Source: Myxococcota bacterium (GTDB lineage: Bacteria > Myxococcota_A > UBA9160 > UBA6930). From it: DNA of 64,000 nt. The DNA is taken from NCBI GenBank assembly GCA_965223415.1, contig OZ245002.1:4608001-4672000 (forward strand), read 5' to 3'. Position 1 is the stretch's first letter. Every line of letters begins with the position of its first letter. The notes beneath the pieces were generated by a model, which ran no database searches, was not told the DNA's origin, and was given only the letters and a program-made list of their open reading frames with translations. Both the position numbers and the translations under genes were made by a program. Below are positions 56,026 through 64,000 of this stretch, one piece after another.

Positions 56026-59000
56026 TTGGCGATCAACAAGCGGAAGATCCTCCAGTCGGCGCAGAAGCACCTGCAGAAGGGTGCCCTGGACAAGGCGCTG
56101 AAGGACTACCAGACGCTGCTCAAGGCCGATCCGCGGGACGCGAACCTGCGGCTCAAGATCGGCGACATCGAGCTGAAGCGCGGCAAGACCGACGAGGCCA
56201 TAGCGGCCTACATGAAGGTCGCCGAGGCGTTCATGAAGGACGGCTTCGACGCCAAGGCCGTCGCGCTCTACAAGCAGATCGCCAAGATCGATCCCAAGCG
56301 CGTGGACGTCCTGGTGCCGCTGGCCGATCTCTACCAGCGCATGGGTCTCGCTTCCGACGCCATGGGGGCGCTCCAGACCGCCGCCGATGCCCACTACCGC
56401 GACGGGCGCAAGGACGAAGCCCTCGACCTGCTTCGTCGCATGTGCACCCTCGATCCCTCGAACACGAACAGCCGCCTCAAGGTCGCGGACCTGCTCCGTC
56501 AGGAAGAGCGCAACGAGGAGGCGATTGCCGAGTACGAGGAGGTCGTTGCCGAGCTGGAACGGCAGGGCGCCGAGGAGGATCGCATTCGCGTGCTCGTGCG
56601 TGTGCTCGAGCTCGATCCGAACCGCGTCGACCTGATGGCGTCGGTGGCCCGCTCGCGCATCGACAGCGGCAACTTCGAGGCTGCCGAGAAGACCGCCAAC
56701 ATGATGATCGAGCAGCAGCCTGACGATCCGGACGCCTGGCTATTGCTAGGCGAGGCCCGCGGCGGGCTCCGCCGCGGCGAGGAGAGCGTCGAGGCCTATC
56801 GACGGGCCGCCGAGCTCCACCGCGAGCGTGGCAACGACGACGTGGCTCGCGACATCACCCAGCGCTTCGTCGCGCCGGCCGGAGGCCACGAGACCGCCGA
56901 GGACGACCTGCTCGGCGCGGCCATCGACGATCTCGGAGCCTGCGAGGCCCCGGATCCCGGCTTCGATCCCAACGGCATGTCCCTGGGCAGCCCCCTCGGT
57001 GGCGGAGACGAGCCCATCGCGGCCGACGAGGCGGAGCCCCAGGGCGAGGATCACTCGACCGGCGAGGGCGCGAGCCTGCCGCCGCTTCCCCAGGTGGACG
57101 CGACCCCCGTGCCGGAGGCGCCCCGGGTCGACGGCGATCCGGAGCAGCTGCTGGCCGAGGCGAGCGTCTACCTGCGCTACGGCAAGCACGACCGCGCGAT
57201 CGAGAGCCTGCGCGCCATCGTGAGCCAGGATCCGACCCGCTGCGCGGCCTTCGCGAAGCTCGGCGAGGCCCTCGAAGCCACTGGCCAGACCGAGCACGCC
57301 ATCACCGCCTACGAGCGCGGCGCCCAGGCCGCCCGGCAGAACGCCGACACCGACGCGTTCGAGGAGCTGCGGGCGCGCTTGGCCCTGCTCGATCCGGATC
57401 GGGCCCAGGCGCTGGAAGATCTGGAGGCGTCCAGCGCGAGCCCGGAGCCGGCCGGGGAGCCCGGCGCGGAGGAGATCGACATCGATCTCGACGCCGAGAT
57501 CGAGGTGGAGGCCGCCGACACGGGGCCGCTCCCGGAGGCCTCCGACGAGGTCGCACCGCTCACGGACGAGACGCCGGCGCCGAGTGCCGAGGAGCTCTCT
57601 TCGTCGGACGAGATCGAGATCGAGCTGGGGCTGGACGACGACTCCGAGCCCCTCGCGACGACGGACGAGGCTCCGGCCGCCGAGGCCGACGACGAGATCG
57701 TGGAGGATCTCGACCTCTCCGGCGAGGTGGAGGTCGCCTTCGACGACGCCAGCGGCGATGCGGCCGAGCAAGCGACCGACGAGATCGAGGTCGAGCTCGC
57801 CGCTGACGTGGAGCCCGCGCCGAGCGCCGTGGAGGACCCCGAGGAGGCGCCGGCCGACGACGAAGCCGAGATCGACGACGGACTCATGGACGTGGCCGTG
57901 GAGGGCGCCGACGACCTCGCGATCGAGATCTCGGATCCGGATCTCGACCAGGTGTTCGAAGACGATGACGACGAAGCCGGGGAGGTGGCGGAGCCCGTGG
58001 TCGCCCTGCAGAGCCCCGAGGAGGCGGCCGGTGCGTCGGCTTCAGCGACCACGCCCTCCCAGCTGGCCGAGGATCTCGAGGAAGCGGACTTCTTCTTCCA
58101 GCAGGGCATGCTGGCCGAGGCCAAGGAGATCTACGAGCGCATCCTGGCCGCGGCGCCGAGTCACCCGCAGGCGCTCCTGCGCGTGGGTGAGATCGAGGTG
58201 GCCGACGCGGGCGAAGCCGCGGGCGCCGATGCCGGTGCGGAGGTCTCGCCGGAGTCGGCGGCCGAGCCCGTCGACCTGGCGAGCGACGACCTCTTCGACG
58301 ACCTGTCCGCGGACGGCGACACCGCCGAGGCGGAGGCGGACGAGGACGAGGAGTCGACCGATGGTCTCGGCGCCGCGAGGGGGGACGAGAGCCTCGATGC
58401 GGACGCGGCCGAAGACGACACGGGACCGATCGGCGTGGCCGAGCCCGAGGTCGCGGACGAATCGGAGGCTGCCGAAGAGCCGGACGCGGCCGGAGCGCTC
58501 GAGGCGACGGACGCCGCGGCGGAAGCCCATGCAGATGCCGAGCCCGACGAGGACGACGCCTTCGAGGCGGCGGACGAATCGGACGACGAGGGCGACGACG
58601 TTGGCGCCATGCCGGGCTCCACGATCCCGGCCGAAGCGGAGATCACGGCGCCCGTGGGTTTCGCCGCCGCCTCCCCCGACGACGGATTCGACCTGGCAGC
58701 CCAGCTCTCCGACGCCTTTGACCTGGACGAGGGCGGCGCCGCGCCGCTGGCCGCCGGCACCGAGGGCGAGGGCTTCGAGGAGGTGTTCGCCGCCTTCAAG
58801 CAGGGCGTGCAGAACGCCCTGGAAGATGCCGACTACGAGGCCCACCACGACCTCGGCATCGCCTACAAGGAGATGGGTCTCCTCGACGACGCCATCGGGG
58901 AGTTCCGGGCCGCCATGGGCGGCGACGAGCGCAAGCTCGCGTGCCTCCACATGATGGGCCTCTGCGCCTTCGACCTGGGCCGCATGGTCGACGCGGTGGC

Positions 59001-59610
59001 CCACCTGGAGCAGGCGCTGGCCATGCCCGACGTGCCCGAGGAGCAGCAGGTCGGTTTCCGCTTCGATCTGGGCCGCGCCTACGCCGGCGCCGGAGACGTG
59101 CCCCGCGCGCGGAAGGCCTTCGAGGCGGTGCAGGAGCTGGACCCGGAGTTCCTCGACGTCGGCGAGCAGCTCGCCGCCCTCGACGAGGCGCCGCCGCCGG
59201 CGGACGAAGAGGACACCTCCGATGCGGCGGTCGCCGACGAGACCTTCGAGAACTTCGACGACCTCATGGCCGACGGGTCCGTCGACGCGGACGCCGAGCC
59301 GGACGAGGGAGCGGCCCCCGCCTACGAGTCCTTCGACGACCTGATGGCCGACGACGAGGACGAGGAAGACGACGGGGAGGGCGAGGACGAAGCCGCACCC
59401 GCGGAGCCCGTCGCGCCCATGGAGCTCGCCGAGCCCGCGGAATCGCCCGAGTCTGCGGAGCCTGCCGAGCCGGCGGAGTCTCTCGACGCCACGGATTCGG
59501 AGCCGGCCGCCGAGCCCGAGGCCTCCGAGGAGCCGGTCGCGGAACGTGGGCCCGAGCCCGACCCGCCCAAGAAGAAGAGCCGCCGCAAGAAGAAGATCTC
59601 ATTCGTCTAG
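56026..59610 (+). CDS. Large TPR protein with acidic linkers, SgmX-like
   Basis: N-terminal TPRs (DGF..KAVALYKQ), EA.VYLRYG, EEADFF.QQG, HHDLGIAYKEMGLLDDAI, basic tail KKKISFV. Confidence 0.8.
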   Translation: MAINKRKILQSAQKHLQKGALDKALKDYQTLLKADPRDANLRLKIGDIELKRGKTDEAIAAYMKVAEAFMKDGFDAKAVALYKQIAKIDPKRVDVLVPLADLYQRMGLASDAMGALQTAADAHYRDGRKDEALDLLRRMCTLDPSNTNSRLKVADLLRQEERNEEAIAEYEEVVAELERQGAEEDRIRVLVRVLELDPNRVDLMASVARSRIDSGNFEAAEKTANMMIEQQPDDPDAWLLLGEARGGLRRGEESVEAYRRAAELHRERGNDDVARDITQRFVAPAGGHETAEDDLLGAAIDDLGACEAPDPGFDPNGMSLGSPLGGGDEPIAADEAEPQGEDHSTGEGASLPPLPQVDATPVPEAPRVDGDPEQLLAEASVYLRYGKHDRAIESLRAIVSQDPTRCAAFAKLGEALEATGQTEHAITAYERGAQAARQNADTDAFEELRARLALLDPDRAQALEDLEASSASPEPAGEPGAEEIDIDLDAEIEVEAADTGPLPEASDEVAPLTDETPAPSAEELSSSDEIEIELGLDDDSEPLATTDEAPAAEADDEIVEDLDLSGEVEVAFDDASGDAAEQATDEIEVELAADVEPAPSAVEDPEEAPADDEAEIDDGLMDVAVEGADDLAIEISDPDLDQVFEDDDDEAGEVAEPVVALQSPEEAAGASASATTPSQLAEDLEEADFFFQQGMLAEAKEIYERILAAAPSHPQALLRVGEIEVADAGEAAGADAGAEVSPESAAEPVDLASDDLFDDLSADGDTAEAEADEDEESTDGLGAARGDESLDADAAEDDTGPIGVAEPEVADESEAAEEPDAAGALEATDAAAEAHADAEPDEDDAFEAADESDDEGDDVGAMPGSTIPAEAEITAPVGFAAASPDDGFDLAAQLSDAFDLDEGGAAPLAAGTEGEGFEEVFAAFKQGVQNALEDADYEAHHDLGIAYKEMGLLDDAIGEFRAAMGGDERKLACLHMMGLCAFDLGRMVDAVAHLEQALAMPDVPEEQQVGFRFDLGRAYAGAGDVPRARKAFEAVQELDPEFLDVGEQLAALDEAPPPADEEDTSDAAVADETFENFDDLMADGSVDADAEPDEGAAPAYESFDDLMADDEDEEDDGEGEDEAAPAEPVAPMELAEPAESPESAEPAEPAESLDATDSEPAAEPEASEEPVAERGPEPDPPKKKSRRKKKISFV

Positions 59611-59622
59611 GAGCCCCCCTCC

Positions 59623-60996
59623 GTGGAACATCTCTCGACCTTTCAGCTGAGCCGGGACCCCTTCTCGAACGAGCCCCAGCCGGCCTTCTACTACGAGTCG
59701 CCGGCCCAGAAGGACGCCGAGCGCCGGCTGCTGCGCGCCTCGCTCCAGGGCAAGGGTCTGCTGCTCGTGACCGGCGATGGCGGCGTCGGCAAGACGGTGC
59801 TCGTGCGTCATTTCGTCGAGGCCCTCGAGGAGGAGGTGTTCGAGGCGTGCATGCTCGTGCCCATCCCCGGCGTCACCGACGGCCAGTGGATCCTCGACCG
59901 CTTCGCCCGCCAGCTCGGCGTCGAGAAGCCGGAAGAGGAGCGCCAGGCCCTGATGGCCCAGATCTACGAGCAGCTGGCCATCGTTCGCGAGGACGGCCGC
60001 CACACCGTGCTGGTGTTCGACGAGGCCCAGGTGCTGGCCGAGCAGGGCCTGCTGGGCGACCTGCGCGGCCTGCTCAACCTGGAGTACGAGGACCGCCGCA
60101 TGCTGAGCCTCGTGCTCGTCGGCCTGCCGAGCCTCGACGAGCGGATCGCCGACGAGCCGGCCCTCCGCGACCGGGTCGACCTGCGCATCGCGCTCCAGCC
60201 CCTCGACCCGGCCTACGCCGTCCAGTACCTGAGCCACCGCATCATGACCGCCGGCGGCAACCCCGCCATCCTCGACCCCTCCGCCGTCGACGCGCTGGTG
60301 AAGGACTCGCGGGGCGTGGCCCGCCACCTGAACACGCTCGCCGACAACGCGCTCTTCGAAGCGCACCTGGCCGGCCGCGTCTCCGCCACGGCAGCCGACG
60401 TCGAGCGCGCTGCTGCCGACCTGCGCCTCTGGGCGGAGGAAGACGACGAGGCCGCCGAGGCGAACGCGGTCCAGCCGAGCCCCGCTGCCCAAGCGCCGGC
60501 CGCGCCCGCGGCCGCCGCGCGCCCGAAGGCTCCCGTGGTCGCTCCCCCCGCTGCGGCGCGCCCTCAGGCTCCACCGGCCGCGCCTCGCCCGCAGGCCCCG
60601 CCGGCCCAGGCTCCGGCGACGCCCGCCGCCGCCGATCCCTTCGAGGCCGCCGATTCCCCGGCCCTGGAGATGGCGGAGGTGATCGCCTCCGATACCGAGC
60701 CGCCGGTCGCTGCGGCCCCGGCCGACGAGCAGGCGCTCTGGTTCAACGACCCGCCTCCGTCGGTCCAGCAAGGCACGCCTCCGGCGCCGGCCGCGGCGCC
60801 CGCGCCGCGAGCCGCCCGGGCCTCGCAACCGGCAGCCCGCAGGGCGCCGCAGGCCGCGCCCCGGCCCCAGCCGGAGGCGCCGCCCGCGCCTCAGGCCCAG
60901 CCCGCCGCGGCTCCGGCCGAGGAGCTGCTCCTCGACGCCGAGCCCCCGGCCCGCGGCGAGCTCGAGGATCTCTTCGTCGATCTCGTCGAGGAGTAG
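59623..60996 (+). CDS. ExeA-family AAA ATPase with Pro/Ala-rich tail
   Basis: F.L...PFS..P, TGDGGVGKT, VFDEAQ, LVG.P.L, R.LN.LADNAL. Confidence 0.88.
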   Translation: MEHLSTFQLSRDPFSNEPQPAFYYESPAQKDAERRLLRASLQGKGLLLVTGDGGVGKTVLVRHFVEALEEEVFEACMLVPIPGVTDGQWILDRFARQLGVEKPEEERQALMAQIYEQLAIVREDGRHTVLVFDEAQVLAEQGLLGDLRGLLNLEYEDRRMLSLVLVGLPSLDERIADEPALRDRVDLRIALQPLDPAYAVQYLSHRIMTAGGNPAILDPSAVDALVKDSRGVARHLNTLADNALFEAHLAGRVSATAADVERAAADLRLWAEEDDEAAEANAVQPSPAAQAPAAPAAAARPKAPVVAPPAAARPQAPPAAPRPQAPPAQAPATPAAADPFEAADSPALEMAEVIASDTEPPVAAAPADEQALWFNDPPPSVQQGTPPAPAAAPAPRAARASQPAARRAPQAAPRPQPEAPPAPQAQPAAAPAEELLLDAEPPARGELEDLFVDLVEE

Positions 60997-61063
60997 CTCG
61001 CAGCGCGCGCCACACGCCGCGCGCTTGCCCCGACCCAGCCCGCATGCGACCCTCCTCGTCCGC

Positions 61064-61139
61064 GCGCGAGTAGCTCAGTTGGTAGAGCATCGGCTTCCCA
61101 AGCCGAGGGTCGCGGGTTCGAGTCCCGTCTCGCGCTCCA
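61064..61139 (+). tRNA. tRNA-Gly (CCC)
   Basis: GCGCGAG acceptor stem, D arm GCTC/GAGC, anticodon arm TCGGC-TTCCCAA-GCCGA, T loop TTCGAGT, encoded CCA. Confidence 0.97.
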
Positions 61140-62460
61140 GGAATCCTTCGGGTTTCCGAACGGTTGCGGTGCGGCGTGTTCGCGGGCGACCAATGCGAGC
61201 GTGGCTGGTGCCGAATATTGCCGAATGGGGCCGACGAGTGGGCTCCGCCGGCGGCTCCGCGAAGGAGAGGTCGACCTCTTCTTCGGGCAGCACGTGCGCG
61301 TAATCGCGCAGTACGAGGCGACCGTCGGAGTGCCCGAGCTGGGCAGCCACCCACAGCACGTTCCGGCCTGAGGCGAGCGCCTTGGAAGCGTAGTAGTGCC
61401 GGAAGCAGTGGAAGCCGAGCTTGCGGACACCGTGCTTGTCTCCGGCCACCCGTCGGATGCGATCCCACGACCGCTGGAAGTTGCGGTCCTCCATCGGGCC
61501 GCCGGCCGCAGCCGGGAAGACCCACTTGGGGACTTCAGGCCAGCCCATGTCGAGGCACTCTCGACGTCGCTGAGCCAGCAGTTCTCGGAGAAAGGCCGAT
61601 AGCGACATGGGAATCGCGATCGTCCGGGCTTTGCCGTTCTTCGGCGTCGTCTCACGGCCCCGAACGATCGCGCGCCGGATCGTCACGCGAGAGCGCTCGA
61701 AATCGACGTCCGTCCACTGGAGCCCGAGGATCTCGCCCTTCCGGCAGCCCGTCCCCACGGCGAAGCGGAGCACGGGGTAGAAGGGCCGCTCATGGAGGCG
61801 AAGTCGGGCCTTCCGGTACGTGTCCTTGCTCATGTCGTCGGGTCGATCTCCCCGAGCCCGATGGATGGTGCCTTCTCGCGTCTTCGCGAGGGACAGGAGG
61901 GTCGCGACCTCTTTGTCCGTGAAAGCGTCAACCTGGCGGGCCTCCTTGGATTGGCCCCGGGCGACCCGCTCGATCAGCTTGCCCACGTGGGCCACCGGAT
62001 TCCGCTGGATGAGTTCCTCCTCCATGGCCCAGTAGCAGGCCGCGCGCAGGGTACTGAGGACCTTCAGGATCGTCTTGGGGCCCAAGTCGGCCTCGACCTT
62101 CGCCCGGATGAACTCCTGGACGTGGCTCCGCTTGAGTTGGTCGATGGGCAGCTCGCCGAAGGCAGGCACGAGGTGCTTCTTGATGTCTCGGGAGGCGGTA
62201 ACCCGATGGCTCTCCTTGAATTGCAGCTCATGTAGCGCGTACCAACGATCGAGAACGGCCTTCACGGTCGGAGTGTCTTCGTCAGCATCGGCCCAGGAGA
62301 ATTCGCCTGCTGCGATGAGGCCGTTGATTCGCGCTGCGGCCTTCTCGGCGGCCTCGCGGTCGGCCTTCCGGGTCCCGAAGAGCTTCACGCGCCGTCGGTA
62401 GCTGTGATTGACTACCAGCCAGAACTTGCCCTTGGCGTCCTGCTTGACCTTGGCACTCAT
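61075..62460 (-). CDS. int: Tyrosine recombinase/integrase
   Basis: GTGCRKGE (R), PKNG (K), FHCFRH (HxxR), QLGHS (H), RDYAH (Y); N-terminal arm-binding and core-binding regions. Confidence 0.93.
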   Translation of the reverse strand: MSAKVKQDAKGKFWLVVNHSYRRRVKLFGTRKADREAAEKAAARINGLIAAGEFSWADADEDTPTVKAVLDRWYALHELQFKESHRVTASRDIKKHLVPAFGELPIDQLKRSHVQEFIRAKVEADLGPKTILKVLSTLRAACYWAMEEELIQRNPVAHVGKLIERVARGQSKEARQVDAFTDKEVATLLSLAKTREGTIHRARGDRPDDMSKDTYRKARLRLHERPFYPVLRFAVGTGCRKGEILGLQWTDVDFERSRVTIRRAIVRGRETTPKNGKARTIAIPMSLSAFLRELLAQRRRECLDMGWPEVPKWVFPAAAGGPMEDRNFQRSWDRIRRVAGDKHGVRKLGFHCFRHYYASKALASGRNVLWVAAQLGHSDGRLVLRDYAHVLPEEEVDLSFAEPPAEPTRRPHSAIFGTSHARIGRPRTRRTATVRKPEGFLERETGLEPATLGLGSRCSTN

Positions 62461-62711
62461 AGGTCTCTCCCTTCGGGGTGCCGCCTCACGAATGCGCGGA
62501 CGGCCCGTCTCAGTGCTTCGTGAACAGAGATGCCTTGGCGTTCGGCGATCGCCTGGAGCGCGCCATCGACAGGGCGCTCCAAGTCGACCGAACGGCGTTT
62601 CAGGTCCCGCTGAAGGGCAGGGCGGCCAGCACCTGTCCTTGCGCCGCCACGCCCGATGCCTCGGCTCTTCGTCACAGGGATGAGTATTGCCTCTCCGTTT
62701 GAATTATTCAA
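62457..62711 (-). CDS. Ribbon-helix-helix/CopG-like DNA-binding protein
   Basis: GGARTGAGRP followed by RSVDL...L..IA..QGISVHE.LR.AV; overlaps int start; true start may be 62675. Confidence 0.65.
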   Translation of the reverse strand: MNNSNGEAILIPVTKSRGIGRGGARTGAGRPALQRDLKRRSVDLERPVDGALQAIAERQGISVHEALRRAVRAFVRRHPEGRDL

Positions 62712-62714
62712 TGA

Positions 62715-62957
62715 CTACGCCGACATGATATCCGTGATGGCCCGGTCAATCCGGTCTGCCTCCTTCTCTGCGAGGTTCTCGGTCAGCCAGTCTTCGAGGG
62801 CCTTGACGGGGATCAATACGACACCGCCGGCACGAATGTGAGGCAGGGCGGGGAGCATCTCTCGGAGCTTTCGTTCGCTCACTCCGAGTGCCCTTGCGGC
62901 TTCGCCCGGGCGAAGCGCGAGGCGCTCATCGAGCCTGGGCAGCGGCTCGTCACTCAT
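62715..62957 (-). CDS. Excisionase-like HTH protein
   Basis: LRPGEAARALGVSERKLR...LPHIRAG..VLIPV.AL..WL. Confidence 0.8.
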   Translation of the reverse strand: MSDEPLPRLDERLALRPGEAARALGVSERKLREMLPALPHIRAGGVVLIPVKALEDWLTENLAEKEADRIDRAITDIMSA

Positions 62958-63095
62958 TGCACCACCGCCTCCCGCATAGCAAAGAGGCCATCCGCCACGA
63001 GCCGGCGGGCGGGCTGTGGACACGGGCTTTCTCAAGCGGCATGGCCTCGCCTGCTCCCTCACGTTCGAAATCGGCAGCCTCGCGAGAATTCTCTT

Positions 63096-64000
63096 TCATG
63101 GGAGTTCCCAGACCCAGGAGGAGTTTGGGGTGCCCTTTGGCTTCCTGGAAACGACCCCTAGTTGCTTCTTGGCCCGTTCGACCGTGTGCCACGCTAGGCC
63201 ACGCTTCTCGGCGTCGGCCTTGAGCCATGGCTGCGCCTTAGGCCCGTCTCTTAGAAGCTCGCGCAGGAAAGCTGCCGCCTCGTCCAGCTTCTTCGGACGC
63301 GAGCCCTTGGGTGCGGCGAGTGCAATCTCCTCGGCGTGGAGATCGACTTCGCCCTGCCATGAGAACACGCCGTCTTCGATGGCGAAGGCGAGCGAGGGGC
63401 CCATCTGGGCAAGATTTGACTTGGCATGTGCCAATACTCTGGAATCCACATCCTCGGGGTGTTGCGCTACGAGCAGCGCCGAGCGAGCTGCGGCTATGAA
63501 GTCGACAGACCCGAGCGCCCGGTGGATGACCTTCACTGCTTCAGCTTTCCGGAGGTGCCCGATCGGGACTACGGCGCAGTTCTGCCGTTCAGCCATGCGG
63601 GCGAGTGCGGCCAATAGGGGTCGGATGTCGTTCGCTTTGTGGAAATCGACGCCAGGGCCCAAAAAACCTTGGACCGGGTCGATAACGAGAAGTGCAGCGG
63701 AGCGTTCGGACACTGCGCTCTCGATCATCTCAACATCTGCCAGAGAGACCGGCCTCTCCTTGCCGTTCGATTCCCTGATGTGGTCGAGGATGTGGACTCG
63801 CACCAGGTCGGCCCCGAGTGATTCGAGGCGCGGGCGGAGAGTGTCGGCGATGCCGTCCTCCGCGGTTAGGAAGATCACATCCGCCCCGCTTGGTTCGGTC
63901 CCGAACTCGCCCTTCGACACGCCCGCTGCGATCGCCAGCGCGAGCCATGTCTTACCTAGGCCCGGGTCCCCCATCAGCAGTGTCAACTTCCGGAGCGGGA
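63096..64000 (-). CDS. RecA-like AAA (RepA/AAA_25-type) helicase, 5' partial
   Basis: LLMGDPGLGKT (Walker A), LLVIDP (Walker B), H.RK, GS..F.AAARS, KSNLA; frame open to the window end. Confidence 0.85.
   Translation of the reverse strand, partial: PLRKLTLLMGDPGLGKTWLALAIAAGVSKGEFGTEPSGADVIFLTAEDGIADTLRPRLESLGADLVRVHILDHIRESNGKERPVSLADVEMIESAVSERSAALLVIDPVQGFLGPGVDFHKANDIRPLLAALARMAERQNCAVVPIGHLRKAEAVKVIHRALGSVDFIAAARSALLVAQHPEDVDSRVLAHAKSNLAQMGPSLAFAIEDGVFSWQGEVDLHAEEIALAAPKGSRPKKLDEAAAFLRELLRDGPKAQPWLKADAEKRGLAWHTVERAKKQLGVVSRKPKGTPNSSWVWELP

Larger units (their letters stand above)
61140..64000 (-). mobile_element. Integrated element (phage satellite/prophage-like island) at tRNA-Gly; continues beyond the window
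   Basis: Integrase adjacent to the tRNA 3' end, RHH, Xis-like HTH and AAA helicase; visibly more A/T than the flanks. Confidence 0.85.

Noticed and set aside
57400..60960. Low-complexity repeats (EPAES, acidic tracts, PQAPPA)
   Set aside because: Coding linkers in the SgmX-like and ExeA-like proteins, not independent DNA repeats.

Overview
This is a high-GC bacterial chromosomal window. Gene content and synteny point to Myxococcota or a related deltaproteobacterial lineage (inference). From left to right it contains: the 3' part of an IS630 element abutting an 85-bp terminal-inverted-repeat element; a PAS histidine kinase/response regulator pair; a membrane protein with a RelE/HigB-like C-terminal domain; a cluster of 2 GT4 glycosyltransferases and 2 methyltransferases with a perfect 32-bp palindrome; and a peptidoglycan-recycling neighbourhood (anmK, MFS, MBL hydrolase, murU/amgK-like, spmAB fusion, dacB). 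Then come rsmD-coaD-coaBC, nfeD-stomatin-hflK-hflC, a lone lptF/G-family gene and ribF. A large type IVa pilus locus follows (pilBTCSR, pilS2-like, fimU-pilV-pilW-pilX, Ig-like lipoprotein, pilY1, pilR2-like, HTH, pilMNOPQ) that lacks pilA and pilD, then aroK-aroB, mglC-like, aroQ, sgmX-like and exeA-like genes. The window ends with tRNA-Gly(CCC) and an integrated element (integrase, RHH, Xis-like, AAA helicase). The most notable signals are: four sigma28/FliA-like promoters in front of core pilus operons; three sigma54 promoters sharing a CGCAG-N4-YTGCG upstream palindrome; an integrase ORF that reads through into the antisense strand of the tRNA; a receptor-like membrane RelE fusion; and candidate new components of MurNAc recycling. 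All calls come from reading motifs by eye; no database search was run.
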